DNA of 64,000 bases from Mobula hypostoma (lineage: Eukaryota). Each line of letters opens with the position of its first letter. Within the stretch, counting starts at the first letter, position 1. The notes beneath the pieces are model-generated. The model ran no database searches, had not been told where the DNA came from, and was given only the letters and a program-made list of their open reading frames with translations. The position numbers and the translations under genes were made by a program. The stretch covers positions 202,432,001-202,496,000 of the forward strand of contig NC_086100.1 of NCBI RefSeq assembly GCF_963921235.1, written 5' to 3'. Shown piece by piece: positions 50,866 to 64,000 of this stretch.

Positions 50866-53800
50866 TAAAACCATAAGACATAAGCACAGAGTTAGGCCAT
50901 TTGGCCCATCGAGTCTTCTCTGCCATTCAATCATGACCGATCCTTTTCTCCCCTCCTCAGCCCCACTCTCAAGCTTTCTCTCCGTATCATTGACAATCAA
51001 GAACTTATCAAGATCTGTATGGTTTTAAAAGCTTCCCAGTGCTCTATCTTCCCACTAATTTTTGCTTTGTTGTATGCCCTCTCTTTTGCTTTAACAATAG
51101 CTTTGACATCCCTTATCAGCCACGGTTGTACTGTTTTGCCATTTGAGTATTTCCTTGTTTTTGGAATCCATCTTTCCTGCACTCCCTATTTTCCCCAGAA
51201 ACTCACACCATTGTTGCTCTGCTGTCATACCTGCCAGCATCTCCTTCCGATTTACTTTGGCCAATTCTTCTCTTATATTAATGTAGTTCCCGTTACTCCA
51301 CTGAAATATGGCTATGTCAGACTTCAATTTCTCCCTGTCAAATTTCAAGTTGAACTTAATCATATTGAGATCACTGCCTCCAAAGGGTTCTTTCACCTTC
51401 AGCTCCCTAATCGCCTCCAGTTCTTTACATAACATTCAGTCCAGTACAGTTGATCCCTTAGAAGGCTCAACGACAAACTGCTCTAAAAAGCCATCTCATA
51501 GGCATTCAACAAACTCACTCTCTTGAGATCCCTTTCCAAACTGAATTTGCAAATCGACCTGCATGTTGAAATCTCCCATGCCTATCATAATATTGCCCCT
51601 TTGACACGCCTTTTCTATTTCCCGTTGCCATCTAAGCCCCACCCCCCATTAACTGTTGGGAGGCTTGTATATAGCTACCATCCGGGTCCTTTTAACCTTG
51701 ACGTTTCTTAACTCAACCCACAAGGATTCAACATCTGACGATCTGATTCTGGCATGGTCCTGGAGAACTGGAAGATTGCAAATGTCACTCCACTCTTTAG
51801 GAAGCGAGGAAGGCAAAATAAAGGAAATTATAGGTCAGTTAGCCTCACTGGTTGAGGAAATGTTGGAGTCTATTATTAAGAATAAGGCTTCAAGGTACTT
51901 GGAGACCAATGACAAAAAGAAGTCAAATTCGGCATGGATAATCTTGTCTGACAAATATGTTAGAGTTTTTCGAGGAAGTAACAAGCAAAGTGGACAAAGA
52001 AAAGGCAAAGGATGTCATTTATTTAGATTTTCAGAAGGCTTTTGATAAGGTGCCACACATGAGGCTGCTTAACAAGATAAAGTCCTGTGGTGTTACAGGA
52101 AAGATACAGGCATGGATAGTGTAATGGTTGACAGGCAGGAGGCAGTGAGTAGGAATAAAAGGGGCCTTTTCTGGTTGGCTGCCAGTGACTAGTGGTGTTC
52201 CGCAGGGGTCAGTATTGGGACCACTACTTTTCACATTGTTTGTCAATGAATTAGATATTGGAATTGACGATTTTGTGGCAAAGTTTGCGGATGATACAAG
52301 GATAGGTGGAGGGCTGAGGAAGCAATGTGATTGCAGCAGGATGAAGACAAATTAGAAGGATGGGCAAAAAAGTGGCAGATGGCATATAGTGTTGCAATAC
52401 GTATGATAATGCATTTTGGTAAAAGGAACAATAGTGTGGACTATTATCTAAATGGGCAGAATGTTGAAACAGAGATGCAAGACTCACAGAAGGTTAATTT
52501 GCAGGTTGAGTCTGTGGTGAAGGTTGCAAATGGTTGGCATTTATTTCAAGGGGAATAGAATATAAACACAAGGAAATGATAATGAGGCTTTATAAGACAT
52601 TAGTCAGGCCACACGTGGAGTATTGTCAATAGTTTTGGGCCCCGTATGTCAGAAGGGATGTGATGTCATTGGAGAGAGTCCCAAGGAGTTTCACGACGAT
52701 GATTCCGGGAATGAAAAGGTTAACATATGAGAAGCGTTTGGCAGCTTTGGGCCTGTACTCACTGGAATTTAGAAGAATGCGTGGGGATTTCATTGAAACC
52801 TATTGAATGTATAAAGAACTAGATAGAGCACATGTGGAGAGGGGTTCCTGTGGTGGGGGTATCCAGAACTGGAGGGCACAGCCTCAATATTGAGGGACGA
52901 CCTTTTAGAACAGAGATAAGGAGGATTTTTTTAGCCAGAGCGAAGTGGATCTGTGGAATGTTCTGCCATAGACTGCAGTGGAGGCCAGATCTGTGGGTAT
53001 ATTTAAGGCGCAAGTTAATCGATCAGGGCATTAAAAAGGTATGGCGGGAAAGCAGGTGTGTGAGGTTGAGTGGGATCTGGGATCAGCCATGATGGGCTGA
53101 ATGACCTAATTCTGCTCCTACGTCTTATGTTCCTATGGATCTTATGTCACATCATTATAATGATTTGATGCCATTCTTTACCAGCAGAGCCACGCCTCCC
53201 CCTCTGCCTACCTTCCTATCCCTCCGATACAACGCGTAACCTTGGACATTCAGCTCCCAACTACAACCATCCTTCAGCCAGGATTCAGTGATGCCCACAA
53301 TATCGTACCTGACAATAAGATCATCCACCTCATTTCTTATACTCCGTGTGTTATACCACTTTGAGTACTGTATTTGCTACCCTTTTTGATTCTGCATCCC
53401 TAATGCACTGATACTCACCCTGTTGGCTGCAATTATGTCCTATCACCTGCCTGCCCTTCCTGACAGTCTGACAGCACGTTATCTTTGCTTTTCTACCATC
53501 CACCCTACCCTAAGGCCTTCACTCGGATTCCCACCCTAATGCCAAATCAGTTTAAACCCTCCGCAACTGCGCTAGCAAACTTGCCCTCGAGGGTATTGGT
53601 TCCCCTCGGGTTCAGCTGCAACCCGTCACTTTTGAACAGGTCGTACCTCCCTCAGAAGAGATCCCAAAGATCCAAGGACCTGAAGTCCTGCCCCTGCACC
53701 AGCTTCTAAGTCACGCATTAATTTTCCAAATCATCCTGTTTCTACCCTCACTGGCACGTGGCATGGGTGGCAATCCAGAAATTTCTAGCCGGGATGCCCT

Positions 53801-54183
53801 GTTTCTCCAGCTTTCTACCTAGCTCTCTAGATTCTCTTCTCAGGACTTGTTTAGTTTTCCTTCCTATGCCATTGGTACCCACACGTACCAGATTGCCTGG
53901 CAGCTCTCACCCCCTCTCTGAAATGTTGTGGACGCGATCCGAGATGGCCCTGCACCTGGCACCTTGGAGGCAAACTACCATTCAGGTGTTCCGTTCATAT
54001 TCACAGAATCTCCTGTCTGTTCCTCTGATTATTGAGTCCCCTATCACTACCGCTCCCCTCTTCCCTCTTTCCCTTCTGCACCACCATCCCCTGCTCAGTG
54101 TCAGTGACCCGGTCTCCATGACATTCCCCTAGGAGGTCATCCCCCACAACAGTATCCACAACGGTGTACTTATTCTTGAGAGG
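50866..54183 (-). mobile_element. Internally deleted CR1 hosting a plus-strand CR1 (~51735-53145)
   Basis: 3' tail at 50866, EN at 51020-51735, ORF1 at 53480-54180; the nested copy has RT motifs on +. Confidence 0.75.
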
Positions 54184-54797
54184 AAGCCAGTGACTCCATT
54201 CCTTCAAAGCCAGATTGACCACGAGCAGCTCTCTATTTCCGATGTCATAGTTCATCTCTTCCGGGAATGGCCGCCTGGAGAAGAACGCTGACTTGTGAAG
54301 TTTACTGTCTGAAGGTGTCCGTTGAGGTAACACTGCAACCGCTCCGACGTTCGGGCATCCGCCTCCACGATGAGGGGAAGGCCGGGTTAGGTGAAACCAG
54401 AATAGTGAACCCCTGTGTGAACTCCGCAAAAACAGCTTCTGCTTTGGTCGTCCAAACTACAGGAACCGTGGATCTCTTGGTTAGCACTGTCAGTGGAGCT
54501 GAATTTCCTGATGAATTCTCTGCAAACGTTGGCAAATCCCAGGATTTGCTGGTCTTGTTTCATACTGGATGATTGTGGCCAGTCTCTGACTGCCTGTGTC
54601 TTAGTAGAGTCCGTCTTGATATTGCCACTGGAGAAGATGAAACCCAAAATGAAAACGGTGGTTACGTGAAAATCGGATTTCCCCAGCTTGACAGAACGTT
54701 CATGGTCGAGAAGTCTCTTTAAGATACCTCCAACGTGAACATTGTCTGCTTCACGGATGGAGAAGAGTGGGACATCATCCAAGCAGACGAGGGCGTA

Positions 54798-57796
54798 TGT
54801 AAGACGTGGCTGACAAGGAAAGTCAAAGCTAATGTAAAAGCAAAAGAGAGGGCATACAACAAAGCAAAGGTTAGTGGGAAGATAGAGGATTGGGAAGCTT
54901 TAAAAACGGTACAGATAGCCACTAAGATAATCATTAGGAGGGGAAAGATGAAATATTAAAGCATGCTAGCAAACTATATCAAAGTAAGAACATAAGAAGC
55001 TAAGAAATAAGAACAGGAGTAGGACATCCGGCCCGTCAAGCCTGCTCTGACATTCAATAAGATCATGGCTGATCTGACCACGGACTCATCTCCACCTACC
55101 TGCCTTTTCCCCATAACCCTTAATTACCCTACTATGCAAAAATCTATCCAACTTTGTCTTAAATATATTTACTGAAGTAGCCTACACTGTTTCATTGGGC
55201 AGAGAATTTCATAGATTCATCACACTCTGGTAAAAGCAGTTCCTCCTCATCTCCATCCTAAATCTACTCCCTCGAATATTGAGGCTATGTCCTCCAGGTC
55301 TAGCCTCACCTACCAGTGGAAACAACTTTCCCGCCTCTATCTTATCTGTTCCTTTCATAATTTTATATATTTCTATAAAATCTCTCATTCTTCTGAATTC
55401 CAGCCAGTACAGTCCTAGGCGACTCAATCTCTCCTCATAGTACAACCCCCTCTTCTCTGGAATCAGCCTGGTGAACCTCCTCTGCATCGCCCCCAAAGCC
55501 AGTATATCCTTCCTCCAGTAAGGAGACCAAACCTGCACGCAGTACTCCAGGTGCGGCCTCACCAGTACCCTGTACAGTTGCAGCAAAACCTCCCTGCTCT
55601 TAAATTCAATCCCTCTAGCAATGAAGGACAACCCCCTTCTTGGTAGCCTGCTGCACCTGCAAACCAACCTTTTGTGATGCATTCACAGGCACTCCCAAGT
55701 CCCTCTGAACAGCAACATGTTGCAATCTTTTACCATTTAAATAATAATTTGCTCTTCCATTTTCCTTCCAATGTGGATGACCCCATATTTACCAATATTG
55801 TATTCCATCTGCCAGACCCTTGCCCACTCACTTAACCTATCAATATCTCTCTGCAGACTCTTCTGTACAGAAGATATCTCTCTGCAATGTGCTTTTCTGC
55901 TCAATTTCGTATCATCAGCAAACTTAGGTACACTACACTCGGCTTCTTCTTCCGGATCATTAATGTATATCGTGAACAGTTGCGGGCCCAGCACCAACCC
56001 CAGCGTCACATCGCTCACCATTGAAAATAGATAGTAAAGGCTAGGGAGATGAGACTGGATATAGGACCGCTAGAAAATGAGACCTGAGAAATAATAGCGG
56101 GGGACGAGGAGATGGGTGATGAACTCAATGTGCATTTTGCATCAGTCTTCACTGAAGAAGAATCTAGCAGTCTGCCAGATGTTGAAGGGTGCAAGCGGAG
56201 AGAAGTGACTACAGTTATTATTAAAAGGGAGGAGCTGCTCAAAAAGTTGAAAGACGTAAAGGTACATAAGTAACCCAGATCAGAGGAACTGCACCCTAGG
56301 GTTCTGAAAGAGGTTGTAGTAGAGATTGAAGAGACATTTGTAATGATCTTTCAAAAGTCATTGGACTCTGAGATGATGCCAGAGGACTGGAAAATTGCAA
56401 ATATCACTCCACTCTTTAAGAAAGGAGGAAGGCAGCAGAAAGGAAATTATAGACCAGTTAGCTGGACCTCAGTGATTGGGAAGATGTTGCAGTTAATTGT
56501 TAAGGATGAGGTGATGAAATACTTGGTGGCACAAGACAATATAGGACAAAATCAGCATGGTTTCCTGAAGGGAAAATCGTGCCTGACGAACCTGTTGGAA
56601 TTCTTTGAGATTACGAGTAGAATAGATAAAAGGGATGAAGTGAATGTTACATATTTGGACTTTCAAAAGGCGACGTATGAAGCTGCTTACTACGTTGGGC
56701 CCATGGAATTACAGGAAAGTTACTGGCATGCCTAGAACATTGGCTGTTTGGGAAGAGGCAGCGAGTGGGAATAAAAGGATCCTATTCTGGTTGGCTGCCA
56801 CTTCTTTTTATGCGTTATATGAATGATTTATATGATGGGGCAGATGACTTTGTTGCCAAGTTTGCAGATGACATGAAGATTGGCGGAGGGGCAGGAAGTG
56901 TTGAGGAAACGGGTAGGCTGCAGAAGGACTTAGAAAGATTAGGAGAATGGGCAATAGGGTGGCAAATTAAATACAATATTGGAAAATGCATGGTTATGCA
57001 CTTTGATAGTAGAAATAAATGAGCAGACTATTTTCTAAAAGGGGAGAAAATCCAAAAATCTGAGATGCAGAGGGACTTGGGAGTCCTTGTGCAGAACACC
57101 CTAAAGGTTAACTTGCAGGTTGAGTCGGTGGTGAGGAAGGCAAATGCCATGTTTGCATTCATTTCAAGAGGTCTAGAATACAAGAGCAAGGATGTGATGC
57201 TGAGGCTTTATAAGACACTGGTGAGACCTCACCTTGAGTATTGTGAACAGTTTTGGGCCCCTCATCTTAGAAAAGATGTGCTGGCATTGGATAGGGTTCA
57301 GTGGAAGTTCACAAGGACGATTCCGGAATGAAAGGGTTATTATATGAGGAACATCTGATAGGTCTGGGTCTGTACTCGCTGGAATTCAGAAGGATGATGG
57401 GGAGTGGGGATCTCATTGAATCCTTTCACACGTTGAAGGTCCTAGACAGAGTAGATGTGGAAAGGATGTTTCCCATGGTGGGGGAGTCTAGGACAAAAGG
57501 GCACAGCTTCAGGATAGAGGAATGTCCATTTTAAACAGAGATGCGGAGGAATTTCTTTAGCCAGGGGGTGATGATTTTATGGAATTTATTCCCACAGACA
57601 GCTGTGGAGGCCAGGTTGTTGGGTGTATTTAAGGCATAGCTTGATAGGTGCTTGATTGGACATGGCATCAAAGGTAATGGGGAGAAGGCCGGGGAATAGG
57701 ACCGAGAAGTGAAAAATAGGAATAGCGATGATTGAATGGCGGAGGAGACTCGATAGGCCAAATGGCCCAATTCTGCTCCTATGTCCTATGGTCTTA
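54798..57796 (+). mobile_element. CR1 remnant hosting a minus-strand CR1 3' fragment (~54986-56015)
   Basis: NYRPVSWTS, QHGFLKGKSCLTNL, KFADD, VRPHLEYC on both strands. Confidence 0.85.
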
Positions 57797-59710
57797 TGGA
57801 GAGCATCCCGGAGTATGGCGTTTATGAAGTACTTGAAAAATGTTGGCGCGTTTGCAAGGCCGAGGGGCATGGCCAGGTACTCAGTGTCCTGCCGCGGTGT
57901 TGAAAGCCGTCTTCTACTCGTTGCCTTCCTTTATGCGGACCTGCTCGTAGGTTCTCCTCAAGTCTAGCCTTGAGAATAGCTTTTGCCCCTGAGAATCTCG
58001 AAGCTAGTGTTCATGGATGGAAGGGATAAGTAACGATTTTTAGCCGCTATGCGATTCAGTCCTACAGAATCAATTCATGGTCGCAGGCTCCATTCCTTTT
58101 TCTGTACGATGAAGAAGCCTGTGCCAGCTGGTGAGGTGAAGGACTGAATGAATCCTCGTTTATATACTCCTCCAGTGCACTTCCCTCCGGGCCCGGGAGT
58201 GTGTATAATTGACCCCACGGAGGACAAATACCTGGCAGTAGATCTGTAGCACAGTCGTAGGGTCGGTGCGGTGGAAGAGCCGGGGCCTTTCCTTTGCTGA
58301 AGATCTTGTAGACGGAAGAGATTTTGACCGGTTTGGGTGATGCAGTTACCCCCGAACCTCCGTTCGAGGACGACACCTGAGTCTCCTTAGGTAGCGGGGA
58401 TGATTCGTCAGTCCTCAGAGTCTAGTCCATGGGTTCACTAGAATCTTTATTTGAAACAGAAACCAAATCAGAGTCCAATTCCTCATCCATATCCTCACGC
58501 AACGGCACTGAGGCTACAAACGGTCTTTGTTTCCTGGACTAGGCTCCAAGGGTCTACGTTTACGATGCTTTCTCTTAGTTGGGACCTGGAGACTGGATCC
58601 CCTAGGTGTGGGTGCTAGAACTGCAGAGCGCTTGGGCACCTCGTTGGCTTGCTCCCGAACTAAAGACCCTCTCTCTCTAGTTCCAGCGCAGCCCCGACCG
58701 CGCAGGATCGGGTCTCGCACGGTCCTGCTGGTTGGAGCCGGCTTGTCTGTCCTTGGAGGTGTGACTGGGTCTCCTGAAGATTCCAGTTTACCCCCAAGAG
58801 TCTCCTTTCTTGTCGGCCACTTGTCTCGGGCGAGTCTGGGGCAAGCCGCAAACACTCTTTTGCAAAGACTGGACTGTAGAATGATTCCTCCCCCGCGCCC
58901 CTCCCCCTTCCTTCCTGTTCACGGATGGGTAATGATGGGACAGTCCTGAGTGCCCGAGGGTCAAATATTTGTGAGGAGAATCGATGATATAAAGCAAATA
59001 TCCTTCGTACGTTCCTCTATCCTCATCCGCAAAACTGCAGAACCAAGAGGACGACGGCCCAGGGCTGTTGCGGGCTCAGCTTCTGCAGCGGTATGCTGAC
59101 CCGACGGACAGGTTCAGCAAATTGCCGGCCGCCCCAGAGACCACAAGGGTATTTAACTCTCGCCAGTCCTCACCCCAGGAGATCGCCGCCTTGAACATGA
59201 CAGCAGAATCCGTCGGGTTGGGCGCAGCAGCTACTGCCGTCCTCCAGACGCTTGACCATCTGAACAGTTCTCCCGACCACGGCAGCTTCGGATATTCGAC
59301 GCCGACGTCGGGACCTCTCATCGGCGGAGGGTCTTGTGTGGCCGATTCGCATGGGCTCGGCAGGATCTTAAACAGGAGACATTGTCCGAGGTCGGGAAGT
59401 AGAACTGCAACGCATTGAGGCCGGGTTCGGGTTAGGCCCCTTGGATCTCTTGAGCTAATCCTACTCTCGCTCCACTAGGCGATTATCGAGGCGCATGGCC
59501 CATCAGAGTCCCTGGGTCCTCCACCGGCGCGCCCAAGACAAGGGCATCCGTTAGTCTGCCTCGGGTGGCGTTCCAGCCACTATCCTCAGCCAAGGTCCAG
59601 AATTCACAGCGTAGTCCACTGCTGACTGACTACACTGATTCACTTTCATCAGATGGTCCAAGGTTCTGTTTGCTCTGTCGGGATGGTGGAACACCTTCTT
59701 CACGGCCACC

Positions 59711-60350
59711 ATAGAAACATAGAAACCCTACAGCACAATACAGGCCCTTCGGCTCACAAAGCTGTGCCGAACATGTCCCTACCTTAGAAATTACTAGGCT
59801 TACCCATAGCCCTATATTTTTGTAAGCTCATGTACCTATGCAAAAGTCTCTTAAAAGACCCTATCGATCCCCCCTCCACCACCATTACCGGCAACCCATT
59901 CCATGCACTCACCACTCTCTGCGTAAAAAACTTACCCCTGACATCTCCTCTGTGCCTACTTCCAAGCACCTTAAAAATATGCCCTCTCGTGCTAGACATT
60001 TCAGCCCTGGGAAAAAGCCTCTGACTATCCACACGGTCAATGCCTCTCATCATCTTATACACCTCTATCAGGTCACCTCTCATCCTCCGTCGCTCCAAGG
60101 AGAAAAGACCGAGTTCACTCAACCTATTCTCATAAGGCATGCTCCCCAATCCAGGCAACATTCTTGTAAATCTCCTCTGCGCCCTTTCTATGGTTTCACA
60201 TCCTTCCTGTAGTGAGTCGACCAGAACTGAGCACAGTACTCCAAGTGGGGTCTGACCAGGGTCCTATACAGCTGCAACAGTACCTCTCGGCTCCTAAACT
60301 CAATTTCATGGTTGATGAAGGCCAATACACCATACGCCTTCATAACCACA
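59711..60350 (-). mobile_element. CR1 3' end
   Basis: Same family as the 3' ends at 8748 and 38211; catagaaa tail. Confidence 0.9.
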
Positions 60351-60743
60351 TGAATTCCTCAGAATCTGAGCAGGTCTCCAACCATCGCTCCCAGAGCGCA
60401 AGGCTTTCTCAATCAGTAGCGAGATGATGAAGACCACTTTCCCGCGCCCCGTAGGGAACCGGGATGGGTGGAGTTCAAACTCCAGTGAACACCGAGTGAG
60501 GAGCCGCGCCAAGAGCCCCGATCACCGCCGAATCTCTCCAGGGCCGGAAGTAAACTGACTCCGCAGAGCGACCGACAGCTTCCTCCTTGTAATAGTTGAC
60601 ATATGGCGATCTGCAGGTCGCGTATCTCCAGGCTGTATCTAGAAATTTGCTCGCTGTGGCTAGCCAGAGCTGACGAGAGGCTCTAATACGCTGCTGGGTC
60701 CATCTAAGACTCAACTGTACTATGACCAGAGACATAAACGAGG

Positions 60744-63700
60744 TATCATGGTCCCGACTGGCAATTCCCCATCTTGCTATTACATCCTTGATTGGGCCTT
60801 ATTGCCCTCGTCTGATTTCCAATCATTCCCAGTTCCACTAATTACTGCACACCTGGTTCCCATTAGTGAACATTGGATAAAACTCGGGCAGCACAGCTAT
60901 GGTTTTCCAGTTTATTGTTCAACTCTGTTGTGAGTAAACCTCGTTTTCTGATTCCTTAGGACTATCAGTTCTAAGCTCTGATCATTTCCTGGATACTCGA
61001 CGTAAACCTTGTCTCCGTGTAAAGACTCTCCTGGATACTGGTTCCCCATTTGCGGCAGTGCTAACGCCTCCGCCTCCGCCTCCGCGCCTGTGTCCTGCGC
61101 TTAGGTTCGTCCGTGCAACAGAATGAACTGGCCAAGAATGAACCCAGCGGACACAGACACCGTACAACAGGCCCTCGCCAGCCAGGGCTACCGACTGGGC
61201 GCCTACGACCAACTGCTCAGAGAGGTCACGGAAAACCTTCGTGCGCAGTCCACCAATGTGAGGAAGGTCAGTGAGCAAGCTGATTGCGTATCCGCCTCCC
61301 TTACTCCATCCCTTCCAAGAACCCCGACTGACCAAACCGCACAGCCTGGGAGGGCTACACCCCTTGGATCGGCAACACAATCCCCTCGAGAGCTGTACGT
61401 ACCGAACCGGAACCCTACGGTGGGGACCTAGAGCCTTCTTATTACAATGCTCTTTGGTTTTGAGCAACAGCCACGTACGAACACCGCGGACAGATCAAAG
61501 ATTGCGTACATCAGGGGGCTGTTACAAGGGGATGCCTTGGCACAGGCCGCCACGATCTAGGACAAACGATCAGAGATCTGTTCCTCCTTCGTCTCCGAAA
61601 TGAGGAAGGACTTTGAACAGCCCATTCGCGGTAAGAACGCCGCGAAGCGCTTGCTAACTCTATCAGGGTTCGCGAAGCGTAGCAAAATATTCCATCGAGT
61701 TCAGAACATTAGCGGCCGACTCTGGGTGGAATAACGAGGCACTACGGGATGTGTTCCGACAGGGCCTCTCAGGTAAGGTAAAAGATGAACTGGCAGCAAG
61801 GGATGACGCGGACAGCCTGGACACCCTGATCTCTCTAGCCACCAGGCTCGATAATCGACTTCAAGAGCGTCTGAGAGAAAAGACCAGTTACCCCGCTCCT
61901 CAGGTCAGCCCACGTCCCACCTTACCATCTTCAGCCAGCCTCCCTTCCCCAGCCGCTCTAAGTGTAGCTCCTGCTCCGACCGTCCCCACTGTCCTGGGGG
62001 AGGAACCGATGCAGGTGAGACGGAACCGTCTCTCCCCTGCTGAGCGACTTCGGAGACGGAGAGCTCGGGATTGTTACCTTTGCAGCCAGCCGGGACATTT
62101 CCGCGATACTTGTCCTCTACCGCCAAAAGGGAGGGCTCACCAGTAGAAAGGGGGACCCTGGTGAGCCGGACGATACTCCCTTCGGTGCCCCAGACCCGAT
62201 GCAGATCTCGGCTACCGTGAATTACAAAAAGTCCCTGTCCCTATCCGCGTTGGTGGATTCCGGTGCCGAGGCAAATCTCCCGGGCTGGAATACCTCGGAA
62301 GACGTTAAGTACCCCTCGAGAGGCCCGGGCGCTGGACGGAAAACTGGCTCAGGTTACCCACTGGATGCCATCCCTGACCTTGATCTGTCCAGAAACCATC
62401 GAGAGGAGGTACGATTTAATCTCATCCACTCTCCTCAAGCCCCTGTAGTTCTAGGATATCCCTGGCTGAACCAACACAACCCCTACATCCACTGGTGTAC
62501 TGGGCGGACAGCCAGCCGGAGCCCGTTTTGCCACGCCACCTGTCTGCGTTCGGCTCCATCCCCTAGGGAGGCTACCGCGACCTCGCCTGTCCTGGAACCC
62601 CTCGACTTGTCCGGAGTTCCTGCAGAATACCATGACCGGGACAGGATTTCAGCAAACAACGGGCTCTTTCCCTGCCTCCGCCACCCGTATGATCGCGCTA
62701 TCGACCTTCTTCCCGGGGCTTCGCTACCCACCAGTCGTTTTTATAACGTATCCCGACCGGAGAGAGAGACCATGGAGAAATACATTAGTGAGTCCCTCGC
62801 GGTGGGCATTATTCGACCTTCATCCTCCCACTGGCTGGAGGGGGCGGAACACCCGTTTATTGTTTGGACTGATCATAAAAACTTGGGATATATTCAGACC
62901 ACCAAACGTTTGAACTCCCGCCAGGCCCGTTGGGTATTATATTTTGGTGGGTTCAAGTTTTCCCTCGCATACCGTCCAGGGTCCAAGAAGCCGGACGCGT
63001 TCTCCCGCCAATACGACTTCTAGCCCAGAGACTATCCTCCCACCATCCTGTGCGGTGGCAACCCTCACTTGGGAGATTGAGTCCATAGTAAAGGAAGCCC
63101 AACGGGATGACCCCGACCCCGGCAATGGACCCGCCGATCGCCTTTTTGTGCCTGATTCCGTCAGATCTCAGGTTCTCCAGTGGGGGCACACATCTCGGTT
63201 CGCCTGCCACCCCGGGAGTGATCGGACCCTGGCTCTCCTGAAAAGACACTTTTGGTGGCCTTCCATGGAGGCGGATACCCGTTCCTATATCTCCATGTTC
63301 CGTCTGTGCTCGTGGAAAAGCCTGCCATCGGCCACCCGCGGGATTACGTCGTCCCCTACCTGTCCCTGGTCGTCTTCGGTCACACCGCCCTAGGTTTCAT
63401 CACCGGTCTACCCCCTTCACACAAACACCACCGTACTCACCGTGGTAGACCGATTCTCCAAATCGGTGCACTTCGTAGCCCTCCCTAAACTCCCCTCCGC
63501 TCAGGAAATCGCAGACCTTCTCGTCCGCCACGTCTTCCGCCTCCACGGAATCCCCGCGGACATCGTCTCCGATCGAGGTCCCCAATTCATCTCGCGGTTA
63601 TTGAAGGCCCTCTGTCAAGCCTTGGGTGCCTCGGTCAGCCTGTCATCCGGCCTCCACCCACAGACGAACAGGCAGACGGAACGGGTCAACCAGGACTTGG

Positions 63701-64000
63701 AGACGACGCTACGTTCTATTACAACCAACAACCCGTCTACTTGGAGTGACCACCTCGCGTGGGTTTAGTAAGCCCACAACCCTCTGGTTAGTACTGCCAT
63801 TGGAAGGTCTCCCTTCGAGTGCTCCCTTGGGTACCAACCCCCGCTGGTCTCCGCGCAAGAAGAGATGTGGTGCTGTCTGTTCAGGCCCATATCGATCGGT
63901 GCGCAAGGTTTGGCAGGACACACGCCCGGCCCTGCTCAGATCAGCCGATCGCAATAGGAGGATTGCTGACCGACACCGGACTCCTGCGCCTGAGTATCGA
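60744..64000 (+). mobile_element. Gypsy (sushi-like) retrotransposon: 5' LTR ~60744-61120, gag, protease, RT largely deleted, RNase H end, integrase (runs off the window)
   Basis: LTR ends GCAACA then gaatgaactggcca; gag MNPAD..., [62 protein letters not shown]. Confidence 0.92.

Larger units (their letters stand above)
49080..60740 (-). mobile_element. Fragmented Gypsy (sushi-like) retrotransposon: gag 60350-60740, gag/PR/RT 57797-59710, RT-RH 54184-54797, RH-INT 50390-50865, INT 49080-49790
   Basis: [95 protein letters not shown] around the insert 50866-54183. Confidence 0.8.

Noticed and set aside
61138..62146. Domesticated RTL/PEG10-like gag gene
   Set aside because: Contains stops and frameshifts and sits between an LTR and pol remnants.

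Overview
Eukaryotic, vertebrate-type DNA that is almost entirely nested retroelement debris. The repeat families suggest a cartilaginous fish, possibly a ray (inference). It contains many CR1 LINEs, Rex1/Babar-like LINE fragments, one L1 split by a CR1, Gypsy LTR retrotransposon remnants, six solo LTRs with target-site duplications (TSDs), a hAT fragment and GT-rich micro/minisatellites. No intact host protein-coding gene can be supported; the only host-like segment is a CpG-rich, promoter-like region at about 41.55-43.93 kb. The most notable structure is a 5.4-kb inverted (divergent) pair of Neptune-type Penelope-like elements (PLE: RT + GIY-YIG) at 25639-31013. Each arm ends in a minimal type-I hammerhead ribozyme and the pair is bounded by one 14-bp TSD. 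Miniature (~110-bp) insertions with the same inverted-tail layout occur elsewhere, and an old one lies in an ORF with a splice donor inside the CpG island. All calls come from reading the sequence; element boundaries without a TSD are approximate.
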